Numbered from the stretch's first letter, positions 37,409-48,188 are shown. The stretch is DNA of 64,000 bases from Flavobacteriales bacterium (GCA_040377305.1 JBEIPA010000023.1:1-64000); one strand, 5' to 3'. Numbers and translations are program-made. The notes: generated by a model from the sequence alone, not told the origin.

Positions 37409-40372
37409 ATGCGTAGAATATTTTGTTTCCTATTTCTTCTGATTTGTGCTGGCGTTGCTTCCCAAACTCCAACTTCCCTCATTCCCGGTGGCTTCCGTCG
37501 CATGCTGGTAACCGATGGAATTCCCAGTAGTGAGGTTTATGAATCTTATCAGGACAAAGCGGGATACTTGTGGCTCGCAACTGATGCTGGTATTTGTCGC
37601 TACAACGGGGTTACATTCACAACATACACAACACTGAACGGACTACCCGACAATACCGTGTTTCACATTCGGGAAGATTCAGAAGGAAAAATCTGGGTGC
37701 AGACTTTCACCGGAGAGATTTCATATTTCAAGGATAACCGTTTCTGGGCAATCGACGCGAATCCAAGTCTGATGCAGTTGTATGGCAACGGACAAAAAAC
37801 GCAGTATACTTTTTTTGTGAACGAAAACGACGATATTATCGTTGGCGGACTTTACGTAGGCGGCTGTTATTCCATTTTGAAAAAGGATAACTACGGTTCA
37901 TTGAAACAGGTTGAGGCACCGTTTGCACTTCCAGCGGCGCGACAACTCTGGACCGACGATAAAGGAAATTGGTATGCAATAGGGGAAGGATTGTATGCCA
38001 ATGATCCTTATGCTGAAGTTCTGCACAACGGACATCATGTAAAAGTTCCTGTGGGCTATTCCATGTCGGTAGGAATTAATATGCGTGTGCTAAGAAGCAA
38101 AGACAATCACCTCTATTTCTCTCACCGGGAAACGGTTTATGAAGTTGACACTGCCGGCAATGTGAAAGAGCATGAATTTCCGGGACCGATCATTGGAATA
38201 GTTCAGGATTTGTCAGGTGATATTTGGGTGACCATGATGCAGGAGGGAACGATTCGCTTCGCGGACGGTAATCTGAGTAATCCAGGTATAAATTATCTCA
38301 AAGGTTACTCCGTGAGTTACGTCTTACAGGATGCTGAACGTGGTTACTGGTTTACTACAGTTGGCAAAGGAGTGTTCTATCGCGCCGGATTGGAATTCAG
38401 TTATTGCACGGTGAGTGAAGGATTGCCGCCTTATGCAATTGGTTCCATGATGCCGCTTGGAAAAGATCGTGTGTTTCTTGGACAGGCGTTCTGTACGATT
38501 ACGTTGATCTCTGCGCGAACAGGTGGAACGTTCGCAGTTAGGTCGGGTGTAATTGGTAAGTATGATGAAATATCCGTTGAAGCTTTAGGTGTGTTTAACG
38601 GAAAGCTCTACAGTAATACAGATCTTACTTATTACAACGACACTTCACTCAGACCTATTGTTGACGGTGCACAACGACATCTGAAAGGGAGCGCATTACA
38701 TCCAGGTGGAGATACCTTACTTGGTTTTTCGCATTCGTCCGTGGTGTGGATGGACAAGAATCTTAAGATTATCAAGACTTGTTTAGCACCCGAACGAATC
38801 GTTTCTGCGTGTTACCAGGGCAATGTATTGTGGCTCGGTGGGCTTACAGGATTGTGGAGATGCATTGATACAACCATCGTTTATTTCGGAGATCAATACG
38901 CAGGACTAGACGCACGTATTGACGACATGGTTACTGATGGAGACGGACGCTTGTGGATTTCAACGCGCGGTGATGGAGTTTTCGTTCTCGATAACGATAC
39001 CGTTCATCACTTCGACAAGAATGCGGGACTGAGTTCCAACACCTGCAGAAGCATAGCGCGCGATGAGAAGGATAATATTTGGGTTGCATCGAACCATGGC
39101 ATTTCCGTGATTTCCGATTACAATCGTTTTCTTGGCACAGCAAACATCAATCGATTCGACATTACAGACGGACTGCTCTCTGATGAGGTCAACTTTATCG
39201 AAGTGAAGGAAAGCACAGTGTGGATGGCGGGGCCCGAAGGAATTTGTTGGGTTCCTACAAATAAACTTCTGATCAATTTAACGCCGCCACCAGTCTACAT
39301 CAATTCGATTATCATAGCGAACGATACATTGCCTGTTTCAGATTCCATCGTTCTCGATTATGCCGATGAACGTATCCGGATTATCTGTGAAGGAGTGAGT
39401 TTGCGTAATGCATCGAAGGTGTCCTTCCGATATAAACTTGTTGGAAGTATCGACTACTGGATCACAACAGAAATCCGTGAGATAACCTTCAGCAACCTCG
39501 CGCCGGGAGATTACACATTTATCCTGTATGCACTGAATGGAAATGGAATTCCCAGTCTGGAACCTGCGGTAATACAGATTCACGTTAACACGCCGTTCAC
39601 ACAAACGTGGTGGTTCTATACGTTAATTGTATTAGGCATTCTCATCGTGTTGTTTATCATCGCGCGTTACCGGGCGAATATCATCCGTAAAAAAGCGGCT
39701 GCGAAAAGTGAAGAAGAACAACGCATGTCCGAGCTGCGTTTATCTGCCTTGCGTGCTCAGATGAATCCTCACTTTATCTTCAATGCGATTAATTCTATTC
39801 AGCACTACATTCTCAACAAGGACAGTGATAAAGCTTACGGGTATCTCGCGAAGTTTTCGAAACTAATCCGGCTGGTATTGGATCAATCGCAATCGAAAAC
39901 AATTACACTTAAGCAGGAGCTTGAAATTCTCGGACTGTATCTCGAACTGGAGAAACTTCGTTTTGAGAAACCGATAACGGTGTCAGTAAATGTTCCTGGC
40001 GATATCGATCAATCCGGAATTCGTTTACCGGGAATGTTGATTCAGCCTTATGTAGAGAATGCAATCTGGCATGGCTTGTTGCCGTTACAGGACCGCGACG
40101 GGGTTCTGACCATCAACATCACCGAAGAAGGAGAGAATCTTACCATCGCGATTGAAGACAATGGAGTAGGACGGGCTGCTTCCGATGGATACCAGAAAGA
40201 TCCGGAACGGCGCTCGTATGGAATGCTTATCACCAGTGAGCGACTGAAGCTTATGGGTCGAACAGACTTCAATGTGAATAGTGTTGCAATCACCGACTTG
40301 CGCGATGAATCTGATAAACCAACAGGCACGCGTGTTGAAATAACCATTGGCTTAGCTAACTTCGAGGACTGA
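37409..40372 (+). CDS. LytS/YehU-type sensor histidine kinase with periplasmic Reg_prop beta-propellers and Y_Y_Y domain
   Basis: QDKAGYLWLAT / GL..N repeats, NLAPGDYTF, TM helix, LRAQMNPHFIFNAINSIQ, QPYVENAIWHG, IEDNGVG. Confidence 0.93.
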   Translation: MRRIFCFLFLLICAGVASQTPTSLIPGGFRRMLVTDGIPSSEVYESYQDKAGYLWLATDAGICRYNGVTFTTYTTLNGLPDNTVFHIREDSEGKIWVQTFTGEISYFKDNRFWAIDANPSLMQLYGNGQKTQYTFFVNENDDIIVGGLYVGGCYSILKKDNYGSLKQVEAPFALPAARQLWTDDKGNWYAIGEGLYANDPYAEVLHNGHHVKVPVGYSMSVGINMRVLRSKDNHLYFSHRETVYEVDTAGNVKEHEFPGPIIGIVQDLSGDIWVTMMQEGTIRFADGNLSNPGINYLKGYSVSYVLQDAERGYWFTTVGKGVFYRAGLEFSYCTVSEGLPPYAIGSMMPLGKDRVFLGQAFCTITLISARTGGTFAVRSGVIGKYDEISVEALGVFNGKLYSNTDLTYYNDTSLRPIVDGAQRHLKGSALHPGGDTLLGFSHSSVVWMDKNLKIIKTCLAPERIVSACYQGNVLWLGGLTGLWRCIDTTIVYFGDQYAGLDARIDDMVTDGDGRLWISTRGDGVFVLDNDTVHHFDKNAGLSSNTCRSIARDEKDNIWVASNHGISVISDYNRFLGTANINRFDITDGLLSDEVNFIEVKESTVWMAGPEGICWVPTNKLLINLTPPPVYINSIIIANDTLPVSDSIVLDYADERIRIICEGVSLRNASKVSFRYKLVGSIDYWITTEIREITFSNLAPGDYTFILYALNGNGIPSLEPAVIQIHVNTPFTQTWWFYTLIVLGILIVLFIIARYRANIIRKKAAAKSEEEQRMSELRLSALRAQMNPHFIFNAINSIQHYILNKDSDKAYGYLAKFSKLIRLVLDQSQSKTITLKQELEILGLYLELEKLRFEKPITVSVNVPGDIDQSGIRLPGMLIQPYVENAIWHGLLPLQDRDGVLTINITEEGENLTIAIEDNGVGRAASDGYQKDPERRSYGMLITSERLKLMGRTDFNVNSVAITDLRDESDKPTGTRVEITIGLANFED

Positions 40373-40380
40373 TTAACACT

Positions 40381-41127
40381 ATGATTACTGCACTAATTGT
40401 TGATGATGAACCGAAGAGTCGCGATGTACTTAAAACGCTGCTCAATCGTTTTTGTCCGGATGTAGATATTCTGGCACAAGCAGGTTCAATTTCTGAAGCG
40501 AAAGAATTGATCAGGCAGTTCAATCCCGAATTACTTTTCCTTGATATTGAAATGCCCGGTGGCAATGGATTGCAACTGCTGGAGTCAGGTGCAACCGGAA
40601 ACGCGGAAGTGATCTTCGTAACATCTTACGCACATTATGCAATTCCAGCTTTGCGTTTGAGTGCTGTCGATTATCTTCTCAAACCTATTGAAGTCGATGA
40701 ACTTCGTGCGGCTGTTGAACGCGTTGCAGAACGTAAACGCAGCAAGGCATCAAGCAATATCAATATTCTCAAAGAAAATCTCGGACAAAGCGCACCCTTG
40801 CAGAAGATTGCCATTCCCGGCATGCAGGATGTTCGCTTCGTGAAAGTAAACGAGATCATCCGTATCGAAGGCGATAGCAACTATTCATTCATTTATGTGG
40901 ATGGAGGAGAGAAGATTCACTCCTCACGCACACTGGGTGACTTCGAAGAGTTGCTCACCGGACAGAAGAATTTTTTCCGTGTACACAAAACACATCTTGT
41001 GAATCTCGATCACGTGGTGAAGCTGATCAAAACCGATGGTGGTTATCTCGAGATGAAAGATGGATCGCAGGTTGAGATTTCCCGGCGCAGAAAGACAGAG
41101 GTATTACAACTTCTTGGCCTTACTTAA
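40381..41127 (+). CDS. LytTR-family response regulator
   Basis: IVDDE, FLDIEMP, DYLLKP, FFRVHKTHLVN, ISRRRK. Confidence 0.95.
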   Translation: MITALIVDDEPKSRDVLKTLLNRFCPDVDILAQAGSISEAKELIRQFNPELLFLDIEMPGGNGLQLLESGATGNAEVIFVTSYAHYAIPALRLSAVDYLLKPIEVDELRAAVERVAERKRSKASSNINILKENLGQSAPLQKIAIPGMQDVRFVKVNEIIRIEGDSNYSFIYVDGGEKIHSSRTLGDFEELLTGQKNFFRVHKTHLVNLDHVVKLIKTDGGYLEMKDGSQVEISRRRKTEVLQLLGLT

Positions 41128-41284
41128 ACACATAGAATCATAGTCCCGTTGTTTTCTTGTTGGGCGAAAGTATTACATAGCTCACAAGAGAATATCTCTT
41201 CGAGATATTACTCGTGTGTTCTATGACGGACGAGCTTGCTCGGCACGCTTAGCAACCAATGAATTTCCTATGGTTCTATGTGGT
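41128..41284. repeat. MITE-like element with CATAG/CTATG terminal repeats and nested hairpins
   Basis: acacatagaatcatag ... ctatggttctatgtggt; internal aatatctc-ttc-gagatatt and cgagcttgctcg hairpins. Confidence 0.6.
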
Positions 41285-41291
41285 GAAGAAA

Positions 41292-41696
41292 TTATACTTG
41301 CTTCTTAAGCTGCTCTTCGAGCGCCTGGATCAGCAACTCTTTTCGCGCAACTTCCAAACGCAAACGTTCGATCTCTGCTCTGAGATTATCATTCTCTACG
41401 CGAACCTGCATTTCATCAGGCGCCCAGATGTTCACATTGTAGAATGGTTTTGTGTCATCATCTACAGAATCATCCGGTCCGCGGAAGAAACTGTACAGCG
41501 GAATGCGAAGCTCTTTCGAGATTTGTTCGAGCGTACGAATCTCAATCGTATTCTGTTCGAGAGCGTGATCAAGTTGCTGCTCGCTTACTCCGAGATAATC
41601 TGTAAGCTGTTTGTACGTGAGATTTCGCGCAGCCAAAACGGCAACGATACGCTCTTTAAGATTCGGCACGGTATGCTGAAGATCTAACTCGCTCAT
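41292..41696 (-). CDS. XRE-family HTH protein with C-terminal coiled coil
   Basis: LTYKQLTDYLGVSEQQL..TLEQISKELRIPLYSFF; heptad-rich C-terminus. Confidence 0.75.
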   Translation of the reverse strand: MSELDLQHTVPNLKERIVAVLAARNLTYKQLTDYLGVSEQQLDHALEQNTIEIRTLEQISKELRIPLYSFFRGPDDSVDDDTKPFYNVNIWAPDEMQVRVENDNLRAEIERLRLEVARKELLIQALEEQLKKQV

Positions 41697-41705
41697 TCGG
41701 GGAAA

Positions 41706-42314
41706 TTAATAAGGGGTAGGTCCCAGTGGCTTTTTCGGCGCTTCTGGTTTTGGTAATTCACTCTTAAACGTCTTCAGGAAATCTTCATACGTCATCGTTG
41801 CTTCCTTTTCTTCTGCATAGTAATGCAGATAAGGCTCGAATTTGTCAGCCGTCATATAACCCTGCATAATGGTAATATGCGTTCGTGGCTTGTCGAAGAT
41901 GGCGTAAGAAGGGTAAGAAAGTTGACCATGAAGAACAGTCACTGCAAAATCGTGTGCACTGCGGGTATTAACGGCACCGCGATTGAAGAACTTCTGTCCG
42001 TTGAACGTTACCGTATCGCGCGACTCTGCATCAAACTTGACGCAGTAGTAATTCGTGTTCATGTATTTCGCGATGATAGGATTCGCAAAAGTTTCTGCGT
42101 CCATTTTCTTGCACCAACCGCACCAGCTTGTGCTGAAGTCGATGAAGATGCGCTTTGGAATTGAATCGCTTAGCTTCTGTGCTTCTTCAATGTTGTACCA
42201 TTTGATGGCTTCCGGCTTTGTTTCAGTTCCACCAGCTTCGGATTTCGATGCTGTGAACACGGTAAAAAAGATTGCAGAAACAAGTGCTAATCCGAAGTAA
42301 ATTTTCTTCTTCAT
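41706..42314 (-). CDS. Exported thioredoxin-like protein (DUF255/SoxW-like)
   Basis: Signal peptide, IDFSTSWCGWCKKMDAETF, VKFDAE, SYP. Confidence 0.85.
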   Translation of the reverse strand: MKKKIYFGLALVSAIFFTVFTASKSEAGGTETKPEAIKWYNIEEAQKLSDSIPKRIFIDFSTSWCGWCKKMDAETFANPIIAKYMNTNYYCVKFDAESRDTVTFNGQKFFNRGAVNTRSAHDFAVTVLHGQLSYPSYAIFDKPRTHITIMQGYMTADKFEPYLHYYAEEKEATMTYEDFLKTFKSELPKPEAPKKPLGPTPY

Positions 42315-42330
42315 GGTATACGAATTTACG

Positions 42331-42364
42331 AAAAAAACCCTGACGATCTTTCGAGGCCAGGGTT
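42331..42364 (-). terminator. Probable terminator after the POT transporter
   Basis: AAAAAAACCCTG...CAGGGTT. Confidence 0.5.
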
Positions 42365-42386
42365 CACATATTTTATGCCAAAACTA

Positions 42387-44297
42387 TTATCTGACGCCGT
42401 GCATCATTTTTAACAACATTCCGCTCAGGAAGAAGAGAATCACGGACGCAACTCCCGCCATAAAGACGAAAAGCATGAAAAACGAATAGAGGTCATTGAT
42501 CTTATATCCCAGGAAAGATTTCTCTTTAACAATTGACCCTTGGAAAGCGCTTTTTACTACGGCCTCTTTATCCGCTTTTGCAACATCACCAAAGCTCAGG
42601 TTATCGATGCTGTAGTAACGGGTGCCAGCAATGGTATCAACTTTCTCCGCGTTCGCAACCATGGTAATTCCTGTCTTCGTCTGCTGCTCCTCGATCACCT
42701 GGACCTGAAGCATGGTCTCCGGATAATATGAGCTTAGCGTTCCTGCAAACTTGTTCGCAGCTGCCGTTGAAAGGAACCAAACGCCCATCAACAAAGAAGC
42801 GAACTTTACAGGTGCAAGTTTGTTTACCATTGAAAGTCCGATCGGCGACAAGCACAATTCACCAAACGTGTGAATGAGGTATAAACTGAACAACCACATC
42901 ATGCTCACTTTGGTAGAAGCGTCAAGTCCTTTAACACCAAATGCAATTACTACATATCCAATTGCAAGGAGGAAAAGACCGATCGACTGTTTGTATGGTG
43001 ATGCTGGTTCCATTCTGCGTTTCCCAAGTCCTATCCACATCATAGAGAATAATGGAGCGAAGATCACAATTGCAATTGCGTTAATAGACTGGAAGTAACT
43101 GGCAGGAATTGTGTCGATTGAAACTCCTTCCGGAGCCAGACCGGCAATCAGCCAGATCATTAACAAAACACCAGCTCCAAGCAGTATCGCGAGTACTTCA
43201 CGAATTCCTTTTTGTTCATTCTTCATCTTCGTTATCACCTTGTACAGGTAGTAACCGAGGATCGCAGCAACAATAGAATAAAGTGTTATCATGATGCCCT
43301 TGCTGATGTGCAAGCCAACATCCCGATTCGTTTGCTCTTCTGCGAAGAATGTCAAGGACGCACCCGCTTGTTCGAATGCTGCCCAGAAGAAGATTACGAA
43401 GAATGCAACAATGTAGATTACCCAGATTCGCTGCTTCTCTATTTTCGTAAGCGACTTATCAGAAATAATAAATCCTGGTGCGGCAATAGATAAAGAGAAG
43501 ATGAACGAACCGATAATGCCTTGTCCGAGGAAATAGAAAAGTGTAAATAATGCGGCTTCAATTCCAATCCATGTGAAAATCTGCGCTTGAGTGAATTCAG
43601 ATTTTACTTCTTTAGCCGTGTCAACATCCGCAGTTTCGCGCTTGCTGTTTGGTTTTGTACCAATTGGTTCACCAGTCGGAGTTACGATGTAGTGATCTTT
43701 CAACCAAACGAAGATGATTGTACTCACGCACATCCCGATACACGCCGCAAGGAAGCCCCATTTGAAGTCAGCAGGATTTCCAGTGTCGCCAAGGAATCCG
43801 CAAACGAGTGGAGAGAAGAATGCCCCAAGGTTAATACCCATGTAGAAAATCGTGAACGCGGAATCGATACGACTGTCTCCTTTCGGGTAAAGCTGACCAA
43901 CCATCGTCGAAATGTTTGGCTTGAAGAATCCGTTACCAAGAATAAGCATGGTCAATCCACCCATCATCAGAATAGGAGCAAGACCTGCATTATCATAAAA
44001 CGAACCGGCGAGGAACATAAAGAACTGTCCGATCGCCATCATAATACCCCCTACAATAATCGACTTGCGGTTACCCCAGTAACGATCTGCCATGTATCCA
44101 CCGATCAGTGGAGTGAGGTACACCAATCCCGTGTAGCTTCCGTAAATATCACTGCCGAGTGCTTTATCAAACAACAAGGCTTTGGTAAGAAAGAGCACGA
44201 AAATCGCGCGCATGCCATAATAGCTGAAGCGCTCCCACATTTCCGTCACAAAAAGCACGTATAAGCCTTTCGGGTGTCCTTTGGTTGGTTCTGACAT
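42387..44297 (-). CDS. POT/PTR-family proton-dependent di/tripeptide transporter
   Basis: GHPKGL, EMWERFSYYGMRA, GNGFFKPNIS, FYMGINLGAF, GELCLSP. Confidence 0.95.
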   Translation of the reverse strand: MSEPTKGHPKGLYVLFVTEMWERFSYYGMRAIFVLFLTKALLFDKALGSDIYGSYTGLVYLTPLIGGYMADRYWGNRKSIIVGGIMMAIGQFFMFLAGSFYDNAGLAPILMMGGLTMLILGNGFFKPNISTMVGQLYPKGDSRIDSAFTIFYMGINLGAFFSPLVCGFLGDTGNPADFKWGFLAACIGMCVSTIIFVWLKDHYIVTPTGEPIGTKPNSKRETADVDTAKEVKSEFTQAQIFTWIGIEAALFTLFYFLGQGIIGSFIFSLSIAAPGFIISDKSLTKIEKQRIWVIYIVAFFVIFFWAAFEQAGASLTFFAEEQTNRDVGLHISKGIMITLYSIVAAILGYYLYKVITKMKNEQKGIREVLAILLGAGVLLMIWLIAGLAPEGVSIDTIPASYFQSINAIAIVIFAPLFSMMWIGLGKRRMEPASPYKQSIGLFLLAIGYVVIAFGVKGLDASTKVSMMWLFSLYLIHTFGELCLSPIGLSMVNKLAPVKFASLLMGVWFLSTAAANKFAGTLSSYYPETMLQVQVIEEQQTKTGITMVANAEKVDTIAGTRYYSIDNLSFGDVAKADKEAVVKSAFQGSIVKEKSFLGYKINDLYSFFMLFVFMAGVASVILFFLSGMLLKMMHGVR

Positions 44298-44432
44298 TAT
44301 ATGTTCGTTTTTTTGATTTTTTGGATGCTTGCGAAGATAACAGATTTACCTGCTAAAGACGCAGCCAAACCCCATTCGATTGGCACGTGGACAAGAATGG
44401 CTATAAGTGGTTGCATTTTAGCCGCTTAAGAT

Positions 44433-44458
44433 TGTCAGACTGTCCGCCGCGGCGGAGG
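44433..44458. repeat. REP-like hybrid with perfect palindrome TCCGCCGCGGCGGA
   Basis: TGTCAGACTG + TCCGCCGCGGCGGA; shares both parts with 32744-32785. Confidence 0.6.
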
Positions 44459-44485
44459 CGTCAAACGTTGACTAGCCGCAATTGT

Positions 44486-46672
44486 CTAAAGATTCTCCTC
44501 AAGAAAAGCCGTCATTTTCACGTACAAGTGATAACGACCGCTACCCATTCCGTGATTCTGGTCGGGGTACATGAAAAAATCGAACTGCTTGTTGGCTTTC
44601 ACCAGCGCATTTACCAGCGCAACTGAATTCTGGAAGTGTACGTTATCGTCTGCTGTTCCGTGAACGAGCAAAAGCTTGCCGCGAACTTTATCCATGTTCT
44701 CTGTTGGGGAATACGCATCGTAACCTTTCGCGTTGTCTTGCGGAAGACCCATGTAACGTTCGGTGTAAATCGAATCGTAGAATCTCCAGTTACTTACGGG
44801 TGCAATAGAAATCGCGGTTTTGAAAACATCAGATCCAACGGCAAGACACAAGCTCGCCATGTAACCACCATAACTCCAACCCCAGATTCCGATTCTTTCT
44901 TTGTCCATTCCCGGCATATCCCCAATGTAACGCGCAGCTGCAATCTGATCCTGACTTTCCAGTTTCCCCATTTGTCCGTACGTACACTTCTTGAATTTCG
45001 ATCCGCGGTATTCTGTTCCGCGATTGTCAACACATGCAACAACATATCCTTTCTGAGCGAGCATCTGGTGCCAAGGCAAATCACGTTCCCACTGATCCGC
45101 AACCATGTTGTGTCCGGGACCGCCATACACAACCATGAGCACCGGATACTTCTTGTTGTTTGGATCAAAACCTTCCGGCTTGATCATCCAGCCGTACAAA
45201 GTATCCCCGGACTCGTTCTTAAAGTTGAAGAACACCTTCTTCTGGAAGCCGTATTCCTTCGTTTTGTTCGAAAGTCCTTCATTCGTGCGGAGAGTCATGA
45301 GTTCTTTTCCGTCTGATGAATTCATCGTGATGTAGTTCGGCGTATTCGCAGTAGAATAGTAATTCACGAAATACTTCATGCCTTTACTGAAAGTAACCTT
45401 GTTCGATCCCACTTTCGGAGTAAGTTTTTTCTTACCCGTTCCATCCAGCTTGATGCTGTATGCACTGGTGGTGTACGGTGTGCCTTCGTTGCCTGAATAG
45501 AAAATGGTTTTGGATTTCTCATCGTAACCGTAATAATTGATTACATCCCACCAACCTTTTGTAATCTGCCGAACAAGCGTTCCATCCATGTTGTAGTGGT
45601 ACAAATGTGTACGGCCATCCAGATCATTGCTCCACAAAAACGATTTACCGTCTGCGAGGAATGTCAAATGATCACATACTTCCATATACGTGCTGCTGTT
45701 TTCAGTCAACATCACCATTGCGGTTCCTGTGGTAGCATCAGCAAACAAGAGCTCTTGCTTGTTCTGCAAACGATTCATGCGAATGAAAGAAAGCTTATTC
45801 GCGTCTTTCGTCCATTGCATGCGAGGGATGTACTGATCAGTTTCTTTCCCAACATCAACCGGAATGGTTTTCATCGTTGCCAGATCGTAAACGTGAAGCG
45901 TAACGGTAGAATTCTTCTCGCCAGCCTTCGGATACTTGAACGTCGATGGTTCGGGATACAAACCGGTGTTGTACATCGTCATCTGGTATTCTTTCACCAG
46001 ACTTTCATCAAAGCGATAGAATGCAATCTTTTTGCTGTCGGGCGACCATGCAAGTCCATTCGGTAGAGCAAATTCTTCTTCATACACCCAATCAGTTCCG
46101 CCGTTGATGATCTTGTTCCACTCTCCATCGGTTGTGACTTGCGTTTCCTTATTCGTGGCAAGATCAACTACGAAAATGTTGTTGTCGCGAACGAAAGCAA
46201 TCTTCTTACCATCGGGAGAAAACTGAGCCAGACGCTGTTTGCCGTTTGTGGAAAGTGGAGTAAGCTGCTTCGTCTTTACGTCGTACACGTAATTTGCTTC
46301 CCGTGTAGAATAACGATAGATATACTCTATATCGGTTGCAAACAGAATTTTCGACTCGTCGGGACTAAATGTATAGGAGCTGCATTCGATGGGTTTGCTT
46401 TGTCCTGCAGGTACCAGATCATCGCCGTCGAAAATCATATCGAGTTTCTTGCCCGACTTGATTTCATAACGGAACAATTTCGTGCCTTCAACTCCAGAGC
46501 CGAAAGCAGCGTAGTGTTCACCGCTATTCAGCCAATCCATACCATAAACAACGTCCTGGCGGAAAGTTCCTTTAACGAAAATGTCTTCATTAGTGATATC
46601 CTTCACTACACCGCCAAACACTGTTGATGATGCTGTGAACAACAAACCGAAAACGACTGCAAATTTCTTCAT
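44486..46672 (-). CDS. Dipeptidyl peptidase IV (S9B)
   Basis: DWVYEEE, YPKAG, VYGGPG, GWSYGG, HGTADDNVH, YPDQNHG. Confidence 0.95.
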   Translation of the reverse strand: MKKFAVVFGLLFTASSTVFGGVVKDITNEDIFVKGTFRQDVVYGMDWLNSGEHYAAFGSGVEGTKLFRYEIKSGKKLDMIFDGDDLVPAGQSKPIECSSYTFSPDESKILFATDIEYIYRYSTREANYVYDVKTKQLTPLSTNGKQRLAQFSPDGKKIAFVRDNNIFVVDLATNKETQVTTDGEWNKIINGGTDWVYEEEFALPNGLAWSPDSKKIAFYRFDESLVKEYQMTMYNTGLYPEPSTFKYPKAGEKNSTVTLHVYDLATMKTIPVDVGKETDQYIPRMQWTKDANKLSFIRMNRLQNKQELLFADATTGTAMVMLTENSSTYMEVCDHLTFLADGKSFLWSNDLDGRTHLYHYNMDGTLVRQITKGWWDVINYYGYDEKSKTIFYSGNEGTPYTTSAYSIKLDGTGKKKLTPKVGSNKVTFSKGMKYFVNYYSTANTPNYITMNSSDGKELMTLRTNEGLSNKTKEYGFQKKVFFNFKNESGDTLYGWMIKPEGFDPNNKKYPVLMVVYGGPGHNMVADQWERDLPWHQMLAQKGYVVACVDNRGTEYRGSKFKKCTYGQMGKLESQDQIAAARYIGDMPGMDKERIGIWGWSYGGYMASLCLAVGSDVFKTAISIAPVSNWRFYDSIYTERYMGLPQDNAKGYDAYSPTENMDKVRGKLLLVHGTADDNVHFQNSVALVNALVKANKQFDFFMYPDQNHGMGSGRYHLYVKMTAFLEENL

Positions 46673-46784
46673 GAGATGTGATGGATTGCGATAAATTTAC
46701 CGGTGAAAATACTCATTTATTCGGGCTGCAAACAGTGCATTCTTCCCGATGGCGATGAGGTATTACCAAAGGACGATTTCAAGG

Positions 46785-48188
46785 ATGAAATACAATCAAC
46801 CTTCACCAGCTGATGTTGAAGCACTCAAAGCGATTTGTGGTGCTGAACATGTGTTTGTAGACGAAGAATCGCTGGAGAAATACGGTCAGGATGAAACGGA
46901 AGACTTGTTGTACAAACCTGCTGCTGTTGTGCGTCCGTTGAATGCGGAACAGATCAGCAAAGTGGTGCTGCTGTGCAATGAGAAGTTGATTGCACTAACG
47001 CCACGTGGAGCAGGAACCGGACTGAGTGGGGGAGCGCTTCCCGTTTTCGGTGGCATTGTTTTGTCGATGGAGAAGTTCAATCGCATTCTGGAAATCGATG
47101 AGCGGAATTTGCAGGCTACTGTTGAGCCCGGTGTAATCAACGAAGTATTTCAGGAGGCCGTGCGGGAGAAAGGATTGTTTTATCCGCCCGATCCGGCTTC
47201 GAAGGGAAGTTGTTTTCTCGGAGGTAACATTGCACACAGTTCCGGTGGACCGAAAGCGGTGAAGTATGGAACCACGCGTGATTATGTATTGAATCTCGAA
47301 ATGGTTCTGCCCACCGGTGAAATCATCTGGACCGGCGCGAATGTGCTGAAGTATTCCACCGGATACAATCTCACACATCTCATGATTGGCAGTGAAGGAA
47401 CACTCGGAATTATCACGAAGATTGTTTTCCGTTTGATTCCATATCCGAAGAATAATCTGGTGATGCTGGTTCCGTTCAATTCTGCCGAGAAAGCCTGTGA
47501 AGCCGTGAGTGCCGTATTTCGTGCTGGAATTACTCCATCCGGAATGGAATTCATGGAGCGTGATGCCATTGATTGGGTAAGAAATTTCGCGGAAAATATC
47601 AAAGTAGTTGTGGGTGATGACGTTCAGGCTCACTTGCTCATCGAAGTCGACGGGAATGATATGGACGCGTTGTACATTGATGCTGAAAAAATAAACTCCG
47701 TCGTTTCTCAATACGAATGCGGTGAAGTTCTTTTCGCAGATACAGCCGATCAGAAAGACATGATCTGGAAAATGCGTCGTAAAGTTGCAGAAGCGGTTAA
47801 GTCGAACAGTGTTTATAAAGAAGAAGACACAGTTGTTCCGCGGGCAGAATTACCGGCTTTACTCAAAGGGGTGAAAGCGATAGGAGCCAAGTACGGATTC
47901 AAGTCGGTCTGTTACGGCCACGCCGGAGATGGAAATCTGCACGTCAACATCATCAAAGGAGAATTGAGTGATGAATTCTGGAATGCGGAATTGCCGAAAG
48001 GCGTTACGGAAATCTTCGAGTTGTGCGTCAAGCTCGGTGGAACTATCTCTGGTGAGCACGGAATCGGTTTAGTTCAACAACCTTACATTCCAATTGCGAT
48101 TGACGCGAAGCGTGTGGAGCTGATGCGTGGAATGAAAGAGTTGTTTGATCCGAAGATGATTTTGAATCCGGGGAAGATCTTTTATTAA
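46785..48188 (+). CDS. FAD-linked oxidase (GlcD / D-lactate dehydrogenase-like)
   Basis: PRGAGTGLSGG, YPPDPAS, GSEGTLG, GHAGDGNLH, SGEHGIG, LNPGK. Confidence 0.93.
   Translation: MKYNQPSPADVEALKAICGAEHVFVDEESLEKYGQDETEDLLYKPAAVVRPLNAEQISKVVLLCNEKLIALTPRGAGTGLSGGALPVFGGIVLSMEKFNRILEIDERNLQATVEPGVINEVFQEAVREKGLFYPPDPASKGSCFLGGNIAHSSGGPKAVKYGTTRDYVLNLEMVLPTGEIIWTGANVLKYSTGYNLTHLMIGSEGTLGIITKIVFRLIPYPKNNLVMLVPFNSAEKACEAVSAVFRAGITPSGMEFMERDAIDWVRNFAENIKVVVGDDVQAHLLIEVDGNDMDALYIDAEKINSVVSQYECGEVLFADTADQKDMIWKMRRKVAEAVKSNSVYKEEDTVVPRAELPALLKGVKAIGAKYGFKSVCYGHAGDGNLHVNIIKGELSDEFWNAELPKGVTEIFELCVKLGGTISGEHGIGLVQQPYIPIAIDAKRVELMRGMKELFDPKMILNPGKIFY

Noticed and set aside
37309-37503. ORFs overlapping tRNA-His and its downstream spacer (37032-37298, 37309-37503)
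   Set aside because: They overlap the tRNA, the terminator or the kinase start, and show no integrase or nuclease motifs.
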